Shown here: positions 22,096-33,502 of the stretch, in pieces
How positions within the stretch are numbered: position 1 is the stretch's first letter
Layout of the letters: every line of letters starts with the position of its first letter
Source: Pseudomonadota bacterium
GTDB taxonomy: Bacteria > Pseudomonadota > Alphaproteobacteria > Rhizobiales > Kaistiaceae
Length of the DNA stretch: 45,545 bases
Assembly: GCA_023391905.1 (NCBI GenBank)
Contig: JAEWAD010000382.1
Span: forward strand, 1 to 45,545
Direction of reading: 5' to 3'
Notes under the pieces: model-generated
Databases searched by the model: none
The model's input: the letters and a program-made list of their open reading frames with translations, nothing else
What the model was told of the DNA's origin: nothing
Translations under genes and position numbers: made by a program

Positions 22096-22115
22096 CAGAG
22101 AACCGTTACCGCCGA

Positions 22116-22628
22116 TCAGAGGCGATAGAGGATCTGGTCGGTCCAGAAGCGATCGAGCCGCTGCATGGCGCGGTTGAGCATCTGGAAGTCGTCGGCGGCG
22201 ATACCGCCCACCTGCTCGATGGACTTCATGTGGCGCTCGTAGACGCCCGCCACGATGCTGGCGATTTCCTGGCCCTGCTCGGTCAGGCTGACCCGCACCG
22301 AGCGCCGGTCCATCCGCGAACGCTGGTGATGGATGAAGCCCATCTCGACCAGCTTCTTTAGATTGTAGGAGACGTTCGAACCCAGATAGTAGCCGCGGCT
22401 GCGAAGCTCGCCGGCGGTCAGCTCGGCGTCGCCGATGTTGAAGAGAAGCAGCGCCTGGACGCTGTTGACGTCGGACCGGCCGGAGCGCTCGAACTCGTCC
22501 TTGATGACGTCGAGCAGGCGGCGGTGCAGCCTTTCCACCAGCGTCAGCGCTTCCATGTAAAGCGGCTTCAGATCCGGTGTATTGTTCTGCTGGATGACTG
22601 GTTCAACTGCTCGCGTCGCGCTGATCAT
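22116..22628 (-). CDS. ldtR: MarR family regulator, LdtR-like
   Basis: LVERLHRRLLDVIKDE..QALLLFNIG..ELRSRGYYLGSNVSYNLKKL; directly upstream of an L,D-transpeptidase as in rhizobial ldtR-ldtP. Confidence 0.82.
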   Translation of the reverse strand: MISATRAVEPVIQQNNTPDLKPLYMEALTLVERLHRRLLDVIKDEFERSGRSDVNSVQALLLFNIGDAELTAGELRSRGYYLGSNVSYNLKKLVEMGFIHHQRSRMDRRSVRVSLTEQGQEIASIVAGVYERHMKSIEQVGGIAADDFQMLNRAMQRLDRFWTDQILYRL

Positions 22629-22815
22629 CTTTCCGGCCTCTCTGTTGCGTGGCAAGTATTCCTCTCGCCTGATGAGACCGGACCTTAGAGCGACCATTTG
22701 AATATGATCTTAAATATCACGCTTAACGCAGGCTTACCCGGGCTGACCCGCCTCAAAACGGCGCTTATCGTTAAAAAAGCTGCTACGCCGCCGGGAATCG
22801 GCGCGCAGACGACCG

Positions 22816-23238
22816 TCAAGCCGAGGCGGCTTCGTGCCGTTTGCTCATGACCAGGAGGGCGACGAAGACGAGCAGTGTCACGACGTGGAAGGCGACGATG
22901 AGCAGGTCCAGGCCAAACGTCTCGGCAAACACCGTGTGCATGGCGATTTCGAACAGCGCCACGTAGATCCAGATCACATTGCCCCAGGCCACGCGCATCC
23001 AGAGCCCGACGGCCGCGACGAGGTCGACGACCGCGAGTTGAATGGTCACCGCCCGCCAGGGCGTCGACATCGTCTCGAAGCTCCAGCCCGGATCCTGGAA
23101 GACGCCGGCGATATAGAGCCAGTGCCGCAGCCCCAGCAGCAGAAGCATCGCCGCCACGCCGCGAAGATAGATCGTCAGCGCCAGATCGTAGGGATTGTCG
23201 GGCTCGCTCGGGAGCTGGGTGACTTCATTGTCGATCAT
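22816..23238 (-). CDS. Small membrane protein (DUF6163-like)
   Basis: Four hydrophobic segments; DLVAAVGLWM..AWG.VIW motif; overlaps the upstream gene's stop. Confidence 0.75.
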   Translation of the reverse strand: MIDNEVTQLPSEPDNPYDLALTIYLRGVAAMLLLLGLRHWLYIAGVFQDPGWSFETMSTPWRAVTIQLAVVDLVAAVGLWMRVAWGNVIWIYVALFEIAMHTVFAETFGLDLLIVAFHVVTLLVFVALLVMSKRHEAASA

Positions 23239-24275
23239 GGTAGCGGCAGATCTCCTTCGGGCGGCACCACGAAGTGCCTATCGACGGCCTCGGGGTCAAC
23301 ATCCGCGAGCGTCGCCGGTTTCCAGACCGGCGCCTGATCCTTGTCGATCAGCACCGCGCGCACGCCTTCATAGAAGTCATGCCCGTCCAGAATTGCACAG
23401 GCAATCCGCCAGTCCAGGCGGATGCAATCCTCGAAGGAAAGGGCGCGCGCGGCGCGAATCTGCCGCAGGGCGACGCGCAGGCTGGTCGGCGACTTCGCCC
23501 GGATAGCCTCCGCGATCTGCCGCGCCCATCCGGCATTCGCACCCGTGAGCGTCTCGAGGCGGGCGACGATCGATTCGACGGAACCGGTCGCGAAGAGGGC
23601 GTCGATGTCGCCAAGCAGGCCGGGCAGCGTCTCCGCCTCGACGACCTCGGCATGCTCGGCCAGCACGGCGTCGACCTCGCTCGTTTCGGCAAGACGCGCG
23701 ACGATGGCGTCGAAGCGCGCCGCCGGAACGGCATGGGTAGCGATCCCCGCCAGCATCGCATCACCCCGGCGGAGCCTTGCCGCGGCAAGCGCGCAATAGA
23801 CGCCGGTTTCGCCCGGCATGCGCGCAAGGAAGAAGCTCGATCCGACATCGGGAAAGAAGCCGATGCCCGACTCGGGCATGGCGAATACGGCACTCTCGGC
23901 GAAGACACGATGCGAGCCATGAACCGCGATCCCCGCGCCGCCACCCATGATGTAGCCATCGACCAAGGCAACATAGGGTTTCGGAAAGGCCTTGATGGCG
24001 GCGTTCAGGCGATACTCGTCATGAAAGAAGGCCTTCTGTTCCGGAGCCCCCCTGCCCGCCTCACAGACGGCGCGGATATCGCCGCCGGCGCAGAAGGCTC
24101 GCCCCTCGCCCCGAACGATCACGACATGGACCGCCGGGTCGTCGCGCCACGCCGCGAGCCTCGTCGCCAGCGCGGACACCATGCCATGCGACAGGGCGTT
24201 CAGCGCGCCGGGGCGACTGAGGGTGGCAATGCCCGCATGTCCCTGACGCTCGAAACGGATCTCGGGCTCGGCCAT
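23235..24275 (-). CDS. Enoyl-CoA hydratase/isomerase family protein (3-hydroxyisobutyryl-CoA hydrolase-like)
   Basis: RP.ALNAL, AFCAGGDIR, MGGG.G, AMPE.GIGFFPDVG, DFYEGVRAVLIDKD; GGAG RBS before ATG at 24275. Confidence 0.9.
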   Translation of the reverse strand: MAEPEIRFERQGHAGIATLSRPGALNALSHGMVSALATRLAAWRDDPAVHVVIVRGEGRAFCAGGDIRAVCEAGRGAPEQKAFFHDEYRLNAAIKAFPKPYVALVDGYIMGGGAGIAVHGSHRVFAESAVFAMPESGIGFFPDVGSSFFLARMPGETGVYCALAAARLRRGDAMLAGIATHAVPAARFDAIVARLAETSEVDAVLAEHAEVVEAETLPGLLGDIDALFATGSVESIVARLETLTGANAGWARQIAEAIRAKSPTSLRVALRQIRAARALSFEDCIRLDWRIACAILDGHDFYEGVRAVLIDKDQAPVWKPATLADVDPEAVDRHFVVPPEGDLPLP

Positions 24276-24545
24276 ATTCGTCTCCGTCATGATGCCGCCG
24301 ACAGTAAGCGGTGGCTGCGGCGCGACAAGCGCGATCGGCCGTCGTCCCCACCTGATTGCCCCCGAAGGAACTGTCATCTCTCCGCTGGCGGGAACCCGTC
24401 GGCTTCGGTATGATCGCCCGCATGTCGACAGCAGCAGCGAAGCAGCATTCCGGGGCAGGGCCGCACGGCCGTGCCTGCCGGCTTCATTTCCGTGGCCGGA
24501 CCGTCATGATGCCTCCCCCGATGATCGCCATCCGCTAGACGATCC

Positions 24546-25838
24546 ATGCCCTGGCAAGACATCCTGATCATCGCTGTGTTGATCATGTTCAACGGCTTCT
24601 TCGCGCTGTCGGAGATTGCCGTCGTCTCCTCGCGCCCGGCACGGTTGCAGATGCTGGCCAGCGAAGGCACCCGCGGCGCGACCGCGGCCCTGCGCCTTGC
24701 CGAGGATCCGACCGGATTCCTCTCCGCTGTCCAGATCGGCATCACCCTTGTCGCCATTCTCTCCGGCGCCTATGGCGAGGCGGCGCTGGCCACGCCGCTG
24801 AACGATTTCCTGCTCGGGCATTTTCCCAATCTCGGCAGCAAGGCCTCGACGATCTCCACGGTCGTCGTCGTGGTCGGACTCGCCTATTTCTCGCTCATCA
24901 TGGGCGAGCTCGTGCCAAAGCGCCTCGCACTGACCAATCCCGAGCGCCTCGCCTGCTTCGTCGCCGGCCCCGTGGGGGTTCTCGCCCGCGTCGCCTTGCC
25001 GATCGTGTGGTTCCTGCGTCTTTCCACCGAGACCGTCCTGCGCGTGCTCGGCCAGAAGGACAAGGACGACCGCTCGGTCACCGAGGAAGAGGTCAAGACG
25101 ATGATCGCCGAGGGCACCGAGGCCGGCGTCTTTCATCAGGCCGAGCGCGACATGATCGAGGCGGTGATCCGTGTCGCCGATCGTTCGGTTCGCTCGATCA
25201 TGGTGGCGCGGCCGGACGTGGTGTGGCTCGACATCGAGGACCCGCCGGCCGACATCCGCGACGCCGTCATCCACTCCGGCCACTCCCGCTTCCCGGTCAG
25301 CCGCGACGAGATCGACGCCGTGATCGGCATCGTCCACGCCAAGGACCTGCTGGAGCAGATCTACAGCGGCCAGACCGTCGACCTCGCACCCGTCATCCGG
25401 GAGCCGCTCTATGTCGACGAGCGGATGCCGATCCTCACGGTGCTCGACCGCTTCAAGTCGTCGAACGTGCACATGGCGATCGTGCTGGACGAATATGGGA
25501 GCTTCCAGGGCGTGGTCACGCCGATGGACATCCTGATCGCCATCGCCGGCGACATGCCCGAGCACGAGGGCGACGAAATCCCGGACGCGGTCCAGCGCGC
25601 AGATGGCTCCTGGCTGATCGACGGCAGCGCCGCCATCGACACGGTCGAACGGACGCTGGGGTTGAAGGCGCTGGGCAGCGACGGCGACTTCGCCACCCTC
25701 GCCGGCTTCATGCTGCACCACCTCGGCCACATCCCGGTGCCCGGCGAGTTCTTCCACCACGAGGGCTGGATCTTCGAAGTGGTTGACCTCGACGGCCGCC
25801 GGATCGACAAGGTTCTCGCCCGAAAGGGCGACTCCTAG
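24546..25838 (+). CDS. Hemolysin-family/CNNM protein (DUF21 + CBS + CorC)
   Basis: NGFFALSEIAVVS, FLSAVQIGIT, GELVPK, HSRFPV, VLDEYG, VDLDGRRIDKV. Confidence 0.92.
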   Translation: MPWQDILIIAVLIMFNGFFALSEIAVVSSRPARLQMLASEGTRGATAALRLAEDPTGFLSAVQIGITLVAILSGAYGEAALATPLNDFLLGHFPNLGSKASTISTVVVVVGLAYFSLIMGELVPKRLALTNPERLACFVAGPVGVLARVALPIVWFLRLSTETVLRVLGQKDKDDRSVTEEEVKTMIAEGTEAGVFHQAERDMIEAVIRVADRSVRSIMVARPDVVWLDIEDPPADIRDAVIHSGHSRFPVSRDEIDAVIGIVHAKDLLEQIYSGQTVDLAPVIREPLYVDERMPILTVLDRFKSSNVHMAIVLDEYGSFQGVVTPMDILIAIAGDMPEHEGDEIPDAVQRADGSWLIDGSAAIDTVERTLGLKALGSDGDFATLAGFMLHHLGHIPVPGEFFHHEGWIFEVVDLDGRRIDKVLARKGDS

Positions 25839-25899
25839 CCCGCTCGCCTACCCGAAGGCGCGACAGCGCTGCGCTTGCCGCCGGAACAGCCGGTGATAA

Positions 25900-26952
<1,053 letters not shown>

Positions 26953-26965
26953 TCGGAGCGCGCCG

Positions 26966-28342
26966 ATGAGAGGGGCCGCCAGACCGGCCGCAATCATGGC
27001 GCTCCTCTTCTGCGTGGCCACCCTGCTGGCCGCGTGCAGTTCGGTCGACCGCCAGCAGGCCCGCGTCTGCGTGGCGGTCGCCACAGCCGTCGCCCCGGCC
27101 GGCCAGAAGGTCTCCATCCAGTCGGTGATCCCGCTCGAAGGCGTGAGCCACGCCGTCCGCGTGAACTATACCGTCCCGAACATGCACCTGCCGCTCTATG
27201 TGGACTGCGCCTTCGGCGGCGGTCCGCTCGAGATGGGGCGCAGCGAGGTGATCGGGGTACGGGGCTATTCCGGCGCCCTCTCCGAACGAGAGCTGCTGAC
27301 GCTGCACCGCTGGTTCCTTGGCCAGAGCGGCGCCATTTCGCGTGCCATCGCGGAGACCAACTGGAAATCGCCGAGCATCGAGGTTACCTCGATCGCCCTC
27401 CCGAAGGAGGTCGGCTTCGCTCTTCAGCAGATCCTCAACATTCTCAATCTGGCGGCCCTCTATGCGCCGCTGGCCCTCGCCTTCGCCCTCATCTACGGGC
27501 TGATCCGACGGATCCACATGGCGTTCGGCCAGATCGCCATCATCGGCGGCTATGGCGCGATCATCGGCCTGGTCATCGCCATCAGCATGCCCGCCCTGGG
27601 ACTTGTGGCGTCGATCGGCATCGTCCTGGCCCTGGCCGGCGGGCTCGCGGCGCTGTGGGGCTGGCTCGTCGGCCGGGCCGTCGTCCTGCCGCTGTCCGGC
27701 GGTCCCGATCGCGCGTTCATCATCGCCACCATCGGCCTCGGCATAGCCCTTTCCGAGATGCTGCGCCTGACCCAAGGGGCGCGCGAAATCTGGGTGCAGC
27801 CGATCCTGGATACCCCCATCATCCTGACGCAGGGCCAGTTTCCGGTCGTGATCACCGAGATGCGCCTGCTGATCATCGTCGCCGCCTTGGCGATCATCCC
27901 CGCCACCCTGGTGCTGATGCAGTATTCCGCCTTCGGGCGTGCCTGGAGGGCCGTCTCCGACGACCGCGTGATGGCGCGCCTGAACGGCATCGACCCGGCT
28001 GCGATCACGGGCCTGACGCTGCTGCTGGCCTCTGCGCTCGCGGCCGGCGGCGGCGCCGTCCTCGCTCTCAGTTACGGCACCATCAGCTATTCCATGGGTC
28101 TGATGGTCGGACTGAAGGCACTTCTCGCCAGTCTCATCGGCGGCGCGGGCTCGCTGCTCGGCGCCGCCCTCGGCGGCCTCTTGATCGCGACGATCGAAAT
28201 ACTCTGGACCGCCTACTTCGATTCCACCTCGCGCGACATCGTCGTGCTCGCCGTCCTGACCCTGCTCTTCCTGTTCCGACCGAACGGCCTGCTGGGCCGC
28301 GGCCGCGCCATCGAGGAAGGCCGGACGGTCCGTCCGTTCTAG
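26966..28342 (+). CDS. LivH-like branched-chain amino acid ABC permease with N-terminal lipoprotein-like extension
   Basis: LALAFALIYG..HMAFG, FGRAWRAVSDD..MARL.GID, GLKA..A..IGG.GS; N-terminal LAAC lipobox. Confidence 0.82.
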   Translation: MRGAARPAAIMALLFCVATLLAACSSVDRQQARVCVAVATAVAPAGQKVSIQSVIPLEGVSHAVRVNYTVPNMHLPLYVDCAFGGGPLEMGRSEVIGVRGYSGALSERELLTLHRWFLGQSGAISRAIAETNWKSPSIEVTSIALPKEVGFALQQILNILNLAALYAPLALAFALIYGLIRRIHMAFGQIAIIGGYGAIIGLVIAISMPALGLVASIGIVLALAGGLAALWGWLVGRAVVLPLSGGPDRAFIIATIGLGIALSEMLRLTQGAREIWVQPILDTPIILTQGQFPVVITEMRLLIIVAALAIIPATLVLMQYSAFGRAWRAVSDDRVMARLNGIDPAAITGLTLLLASALAAGGGAVLALSYGTISYSMGLMVGLKALLASLIGGAGSLLGAALGGLLIATIEILWTAYFDSTSRDIVVLAVLTLLFLFRPNGLLGRGRAIEEGRTVRPF

Positions 28343-28356
28343 CTACCGGAGCCGCC

Positions 28357-29589
28357 ATGTCCGATCCCAAGCTGCCATCCATCCCGACCCTGGAGGACAT
28401 TCGCGACGCGGCACGCCAGATCGACGGAGTCCTGATCCGCACGCCGTTCCTGCCGGCGCCGCGCCTGTCCCGCCTGACCGGGGCCGAGGTCCATGTCAAA
28501 TACGAGAACCTGCAGGTCACCTCGTCCTTCAAGGAGCGCGGCGCACTGGTGAAGCTGCTGTCGCTGTCACCGGAGGAGCGCCGGCGCGGCGTGGTCGCAA
28601 TGTCGGCCGGAAACCACGCCCAGGCCGTCGCCTATCATGCGCAGCGTCTCGGCATCCCGGCCACCATCGTCATGCCGAAGACGACCCCGTTCGTGAAGAT
28701 CGAAGCCACGCGGGACTTCGGGGCGCGGGTCGTCGTCGAGGGAGAGACGCTGGCCATCTGCCAGGCGCTGGCCGGCACGATCGCCGACGAGACCGGCGCG
28801 GTCTGGGTCCATCCCTATGACGACCCGCATGTGATCCGCGGCCAGGGCACGATCGCACTGGAGATGTTCGAGGACGGCCCGCCGCTCGATTGCATGCTGG
28901 TGCCGGTCGGCGGCGGCGGCCTCATCGGCGGCATCGCCATAGCGACCAAGGCGCTCGCGCCGCAGACCCAGGTCATCGGCGTCGAGACCGAGCTCTATCC
29001 CTCGATGCGTGCGGCGCTGGACGGCAAGGAGAGCACGTGCGGCGGCAACTCGCTGGCGGAGGGCATCGCGGTCAAGAATGTCGGCGCCCTGACCCTCGAA
29101 ATCGCCCGACGCTTCGTCGACGACGTCGTGCTGGTGCCCGAGGCGGCGATCGAGCGCGCCGTCAACGCCTACCTGACCTTGCAGAAGACCATGGCGGAAG
29201 GGGCCGGGGCTGCCGGGCTGGCGGCCATGCTCGCCGATCCCGACCGTTTCCGTGGCCAGCGCGTCGGCCTCGTGCTGTGCGGCGGCAACATCGACCCGCG
29301 CCTCGCCGCCTCGATCATGGTCCGCGAACTGGCGCGCTCCGAGCGGATCGTCGCCGTGCGCATCATCATTCCGGACCAGCCGGGCGTGCTCGCCGACATC
29401 GCCGCCACCATCGGCGCTTGCGGTGGCAACATCCTCGAGGTGTTCCATCACCGCAATCTGCTCACCGTGCCGGCCAAGGGCGCCAGCGTCGACGTGACGA
29501 TCGAGACGCACGGGCCGGAGCATGCCGGAGAGATCGTCACGGCACTGCAGGCCCGAGGTTATACCGTGGAGCGGATGGCCCCACCCTGA
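28357..29589 (+). CDS. ilvA: Threonine ammonia-lyase with C-terminal ACT domain
   Basis: KYENLQVTSSFKERGA (PLP Lys), SAGNHAQ, PVGGGGLI, CGGNID, ACT motif PDQPG.LA; GGAG RBS before ATG at 28357. Confidence 0.88.
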   Translation: MSDPKLPSIPTLEDIRDAARQIDGVLIRTPFLPAPRLSRLTGAEVHVKYENLQVTSSFKERGALVKLLSLSPEERRRGVVAMSAGNHAQAVAYHAQRLGIPATIVMPKTTPFVKIEATRDFGARVVVEGETLAICQALAGTIADETGAVWVHPYDDPHVIRGQGTIALEMFEDGPPLDCMLVPVGGGGLIGGIAIATKALAPQTQVIGVETELYPSMRAALDGKESTCGGNSLAEGIAVKNVGALTLEIARRFVDDVVLVPEAAIERAVNAYLTLQKTMAEGAGAAGLAAMLADPDRFRGQRVGLVLCGGNIDPRLAASIMVRELARSERIVAVRIIIPDQPGVLADIAATIGACGGNILEVFHHRNLLTVPAKGASVDVTIETHGPEHAGEIVTALQARGYTVERMAPP

Positions 29590-29675
29590 TCGGGGGCAAG
29601 CATAGGTCCCGCGTTCTTGTAGGATCGGGAACGCTTTCCCATCTGATTCACCAGGCAACTCAACCAGGGACTTCC

Positions 29676-30176
29676 ATGACGCACTATGATGACGCCTATC
29701 GAGCCGCCGGTCAGGTATTCGACCCGGTACGGGAGCCCGAGCTCTTCGACGGCGTGCTGACGAAGCGCTTCTTCGCGTTCATCGTTGACGCGATCCTGAT
29801 CGGATTCTTCCTGCTGCTGGCGTCGATCGTCATCCTGGCGATGGGCGTTGTCACGCTCGGCGTCGCCTGGTTCCTCTTCGCGCTGCCGCTCTTCGCGATC
29901 GTCGCCCTCCTTTATGTCGCCCTGACGCTGGGTGGCCCCAAGGCGGCGACGCCAGGAATGCGGCTCGCCGGCGTCACCATCCGCTCGACGGATGGCGAGC
30001 GCATTGGCGCCATCATCGCTTCGGCGCATGCCCTTCTGTTCTGGTTCTCGGTCTCGATCCTGACGCCGCTGGTGCTGCTGGTCGGGCTGTTTTCGAACCG
30101 CAAGCGCCTGCTGCACGACATGCTGCTCGGCACCGTGATCATGAATGTCGATCCGCTGGCGCGCACCCGGCGCTGA
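29676..30176 (+). CDS. RDD family membrane protein
   Basis: KRFFAFIVD, ATPGMRL, RLLHD; ATG at 29676. Confidence 0.88.
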   Translation: MTHYDDAYRAAGQVFDPVREPELFDGVLTKRFFAFIVDAILIGFFLLLASIVILAMGVVTLGVAWFLFALPLFAIVALLYVALTLGGPKAATPGMRLAGVTIRSTDGERIGAIIASAHALLFWFSVSILTPLVLLVGLFSNRKRLLHDMLLGTVIMNVDPLARTRR

Positions 30177-30254
30177 TCCCGCGCATTTCGCACTTGGCTT
30201 CGACGGACAACGTACTATCGTCTGTCGAAGCATATCGTCCGGGCCCTTCGCGCC

Positions 30255-31001
30255 ATGACCCAGCACTCCACCGAAACGCCGCAGTTCTTCCTGACGGCGC
30301 CCTCGCCTTGCCCCTACCTCCCCGGCCAGATGGAACGGAAGGTGTTCACGCACCTGGTGGGTGAAAAGGCCTCCGCGCTCAACGAGATCCTGACCCAGGG
30401 CGGCTTCCGGCGCAGCCAGAACATCGCCTACCGGCCCGCCTGCGAGGCCTGCAAGGCGTGCGTGTCCGTGCGCGTTCCCGTCGAGGGATTCGCGATGACG
30501 AAGAGCTTCCGGCGCGTGCTGGACAAGAACCAGGACCTGATCGGCACCCGGGTTGACGCTGCGCCGACCTCGGAACAGTACTCGCTGTTCCGCGCCTATC
30601 TCGACGCTCGCCATGCCCAAGGCGGCATGGCCGACATGACCGTGCTCGACTACGCGATGATGGTCGAGGATACGCATGTCGACACGATGCTGGTCGAATA
30701 CCGCTTCCGCGGCCCGGACACGGCATTGACCGGCCAGGGGGACGGCCCGCTGATCGCCACGGCGCTGACCGATCTGCTCTCCGACGGCCTGTCGATGGTC
30801 TATTCGTTCTACGAGCCCGACTATACCGACCGCTCGCTCGGCACGCTGATGATCCTCGACCATATCCGCCGCGCGCGGCGCATGGGGCTGCCCTACGTCT
30901 ATCTCGGCTACTGGGTCGAGGGATCGCGCAAGATGGCCTACAAGGCCCGCTTCAAGCCGCAGGAACATCTCGGGCCGCGCGGCTGGGAACCGGCGGCCTA
31001 G
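30255..31001 (+). CDS. ate: Arginyl-tRNA-protein transferase family (Ate/Bpt)
   Basis: [45 protein letters not shown]. Confidence 0.93.
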   Translation: MTQHSTETPQFFLTAPSPCPYLPGQMERKVFTHLVGEKASALNEILTQGGFRRSQNIAYRPACEACKACVSVRVPVEGFAMTKSFRRVLDKNQDLIGTRVDAAPTSEQYSLFRAYLDARHAQGGMADMTVLDYAMMVEDTHVDTMLVEYRFRGPDTALTGQGDGPLIATALTDLLSDGLSMVYSFYEPDYTDRSLGTLMILDHIRRARRMGLPYVYLGYWVEGSRKMAYKARFKPQEHLGPRGWEPAA

Positions 31002-31013
31002 TCGCCGGCCCCT

Positions 31014-31144
31014 TTCTCCCTCCCCCTTGTGGGGAGGGCCGGGGTGGTGGCACCACCTCGATAGCGGGAATTGGGACGACACAGACCCACTTGGATAGGC
31101 GGAGCCGGTACCCCCTCCCTAGCCCTCCCCCCAGGGGGAGGGAA
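31014..31144. repeat. Palindromic REP-like element with CCCTCCCC..GGGGAGGG hairpin arms
   Basis: Arms CCCTCCCCCTTGTGGGGAGGG (31018-31038) and CCCTCCCCCCAGGGGGAGGG (31123-31142) with flanks in inverted orientation, between convergent ate and parC. Confidence 0.8.
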
Positions 31145-31181
31145 TTTCCAAGTTCCCTTGCGCGCGAAGGAGCTACGGCCC

Positions 31182-33440
31182 TTACCGCAGCTGCGGCGTG
31201 CCGAAGCTGTTGGTCTTCGGGAACTTGTCCGGCGGCAGCCGGCCCGCCTGGCCGCGCTCGGCGACCCAGGGTTTTAGCTCCTCGGCGGTCCGCGTGTAGC
31301 TCCGTCCGGACGAGTCCATCCAGGTCAGGCCCTCGGCGGCCGAGAAGGTCCTGACGTCGGACGGCCCGCCGTCCTTGTAGCGCTGCAGGCGGACGCCCTT
31401 GCCGCGCGTCATCTCCGGCAGCTGCTCCGCCGGGAAAATCAGGAATTTGCGGTTCTGGCCGATGATGGCGACGAAATCGCCGCCCGCCTCGACGCAGATC
31501 CGCGCCTCCTCGGTGCCGTCGACGTTCAGCACCTGCTTGCCCTTGCGGGTATTGGCGATGACCTCCGTCTCCGGCACGACGAAGCCGCGCCCGTCCGTCG
31601 AGGCCAGCAGCAGCTTGCGGCCGGGCTTGTGCACGAAGACGGTGACGATGTCCTGCGCGTTGTCCATGTCGACCATCAGGCGGATCGGCTCGCCATGGCC
31701 GCGGCCGCCGGGCAGCTTGTCGGCGCCGAGCGTGTAGAACTTGCCGCCGGTGGAGAAGACCAGCAGCTTGTCCGTCGTCTCGGCATGCAACGCGAGCTTC
31801 AGCCCGTCATCGGCCTTGAAGGTCAAGGTCGACGTGTCGGTCACGTGGCCCTTGAGCGCGCGGATCCAGCCCTTCTCGGAGACGACCACGGTGATCGGCT
31901 CGCGCTCGATCATCGACTGCTGGATATCCTCGACGTCATGTTCCGGCGCATCGGCGAAGCCGGTACGGCGCTTGCCGAGCGGCGTGTCGGGCCCGAAGGT
32001 CTTGCGGACCTCCTTCACCTGCCAGGCCACCGTCTGCCACTGCTTTTCCTCGGAGCCGAGCAGCGCCTCGATCTGCTCCATCTCGGCCGACAGCGAGTCG
32101 TGCTCCTTGCGGATCTCGAATTCCTCGAGCTTGCGCAGCGAACGCAGCCGCATGTTCAGGATCGAGTCGGCCTGCAGCTCGGTGAGCGAGAAGGTCCGCA
32201 TCAACTCCTGCTTCGGATCATCCTCATAGCGGATGATCCGGATCACCTCGTCGAGGTTCAGATAGGCGACGAGGTAGCCATCCAGCACTTCCAGGCGGTG
32301 CTTGATCTGCGCCAGCCGGTAGGCGGAGCGACGCACCAGCACCTCGCGGCGATGCTCCAGCCACTCCTTCAGCACCTCGGCGAGGTTCATCACCTTCGGC
32401 ACGACGCCCTTGGAGAGGACGTTCATGTTGAGCGAGATGCGGCTCTCGAGCTCGGTCAGCTTGAAGAGCGATTCCATCAGCAGCGCAGCGTCGACCGTGC
32501 GGGCGCGCGGCTCCAGCACGACGCGGATGTCCTCGGCCGACTCGTCGCGGACATCGGCCAGCAGCGGCACCTTCCGCGTCTGGATCAGCTCGGCGATCTT
32601 CTCGATCAGGCGCGACTTCTGCACCTGATAGGGGATCTCGGTGACGACGATCTGGTAGGTGCCGCGGCCTTGATCCTCGACATGCCAGCGGGCGCGGACG
32701 CGGAAGCCGCCCTTGCCGGTCCGGTATGCCTCGGTGATCTGGGCGCGGTTGTCGACGATGATGCCGCCCGTCGGCAGGTCCGGCCCCTGGACGTGCTGGA
32801 CAAGGTCCTCGGCCGTCGCGTCGGGGTTCTTGATCAGCAGCAGGGCCGCGTCGCAGAGCTCGGCGATGTTGTGCGGCGGCACCGAGGTCGCCATGCCGAC
32901 GGCGATGCCCGAGGTGCCGTTGGCGAGCAGGTTCGGAATGCTCGCCGGCAGGACCACCGGTTCCTTGAGGTCGCCGGAATAGTTCTCGCGGAAGTCGATC
33001 GCGTCTTCGTCGATGCCTTCGAGCAGCATCTGCGCGACTTCGGTCATGCGCGCTTCGGTGTAGCGGTAGGCCGCCGCGCCATCGCCGTCGATGTTGCCGA
33101 AATTGCCCTGGCCGTCGACGAGCGGATAGCGCGACGAGAAATCCTGGGCGAGGCGCACGAGCGCGTCGTAGATCGACTGGTCGCCATGCGGATGGAACGA
33201 GCCCATCACGTCGCCGACGATCTTGGCCGACTTCTTGAAGGCCGCGTCGGGGCTGAGGCGCAGCAGATGCATGCCGTAGAGGATGCGGCGGTGAACGGGC
33301 TTCAGCCCGTCCCGCGCGTCCGGCAGCGCCCGCCCCATGATCGTGGAGAGAGCATAGGCGAGATAGCGCTCTTCAAGCGCCTCGCGGAGATTGATGCTTT
33401 CGACATGGCCGCCCGACGGCGGAATCAGCGCTTTTCCCAT
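31182..33440 (-). CDS. parC: DNA topoisomerase IV subunit A
   Basis: [34 protein letters not shown]; 752 aa with a short ParC-type C-terminus. Confidence 0.95.
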   Translation of the reverse strand: MGKALIPPSGGHVESINLREALEERYLAYALSTIMGRALPDARDGLKPVHRRILYGMHLLRLSPDAAFKKSAKIVGDVMGSFHPHGDQSIYDALVRLAQDFSSRYPLVDGQGNFGNIDGDGAAAYRYTEARMTEVAQMLLEGIDEDAIDFRENYSGDLKEPVVLPASIPNLLANGTSGIAVGMATSVPPHNIAELCDAALLLIKNPDATAEDLVQHVQGPDLPTGGIIVDNRAQITEAYRTGKGGFRVRARWHVEDQGRGTYQIVVTEIPYQVQKSRLIEKIAELIQTRKVPLLADVRDESAEDIRVVLEPRARTVDAALLMESLFKLTELESRISLNMNVLSKGVVPKVMNLAEVLKEWLEHRREVLVRRSAYRLAQIKHRLEVLDGYLVAYLNLDEVIRIIRYEDDPKQELMRTFSLTELQADSILNMRLRSLRKLEEFEIRKEHDSLSAEMEQIEALLGSEEKQWQTVAWQVKEVRKTFGPDTPLGKRRTGFADAPEHDVEDIQQSMIEREPITVVVSEKGWIRALKGHVTDTSTLTFKADDGLKLALHAETTDKLLVFSTGGKFYTLGADKLPGGRGHGEPIRLMVDMDNAQDIVTVFVHKPGRKLLLASTDGRGFVVPETEVIANTRKGKQVLNVDGTEEARICVEAGGDFVAIIGQNRKFLIFPAEQLPEMTRGKGVRLQRYKDGGPSDVRTFSAAEGLTWMDSSGRSYTRTAEELKPWVAERGQAGRLPPDKFPKTNSFGTPQLR

Positions 33441-33502
33441 GCTTGATGGGAGTATCCGCTGCGCATCCCCGATTCAAGGAAAAGCGGCGGACTGCCGCCA
33501 TT

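Noticed and set aside
22710..22727. Full CtrA box upstream of ldtR
   Set aside because: TTAA half-sites are 9 nt apart, not the canonical 7
27034..28356. N-terminal extension making an 851-aa threonine dehydratase
   Set aside because: Arg/Pro-rich off-frame reading of the permease gene; the real start with RBS is at 28357
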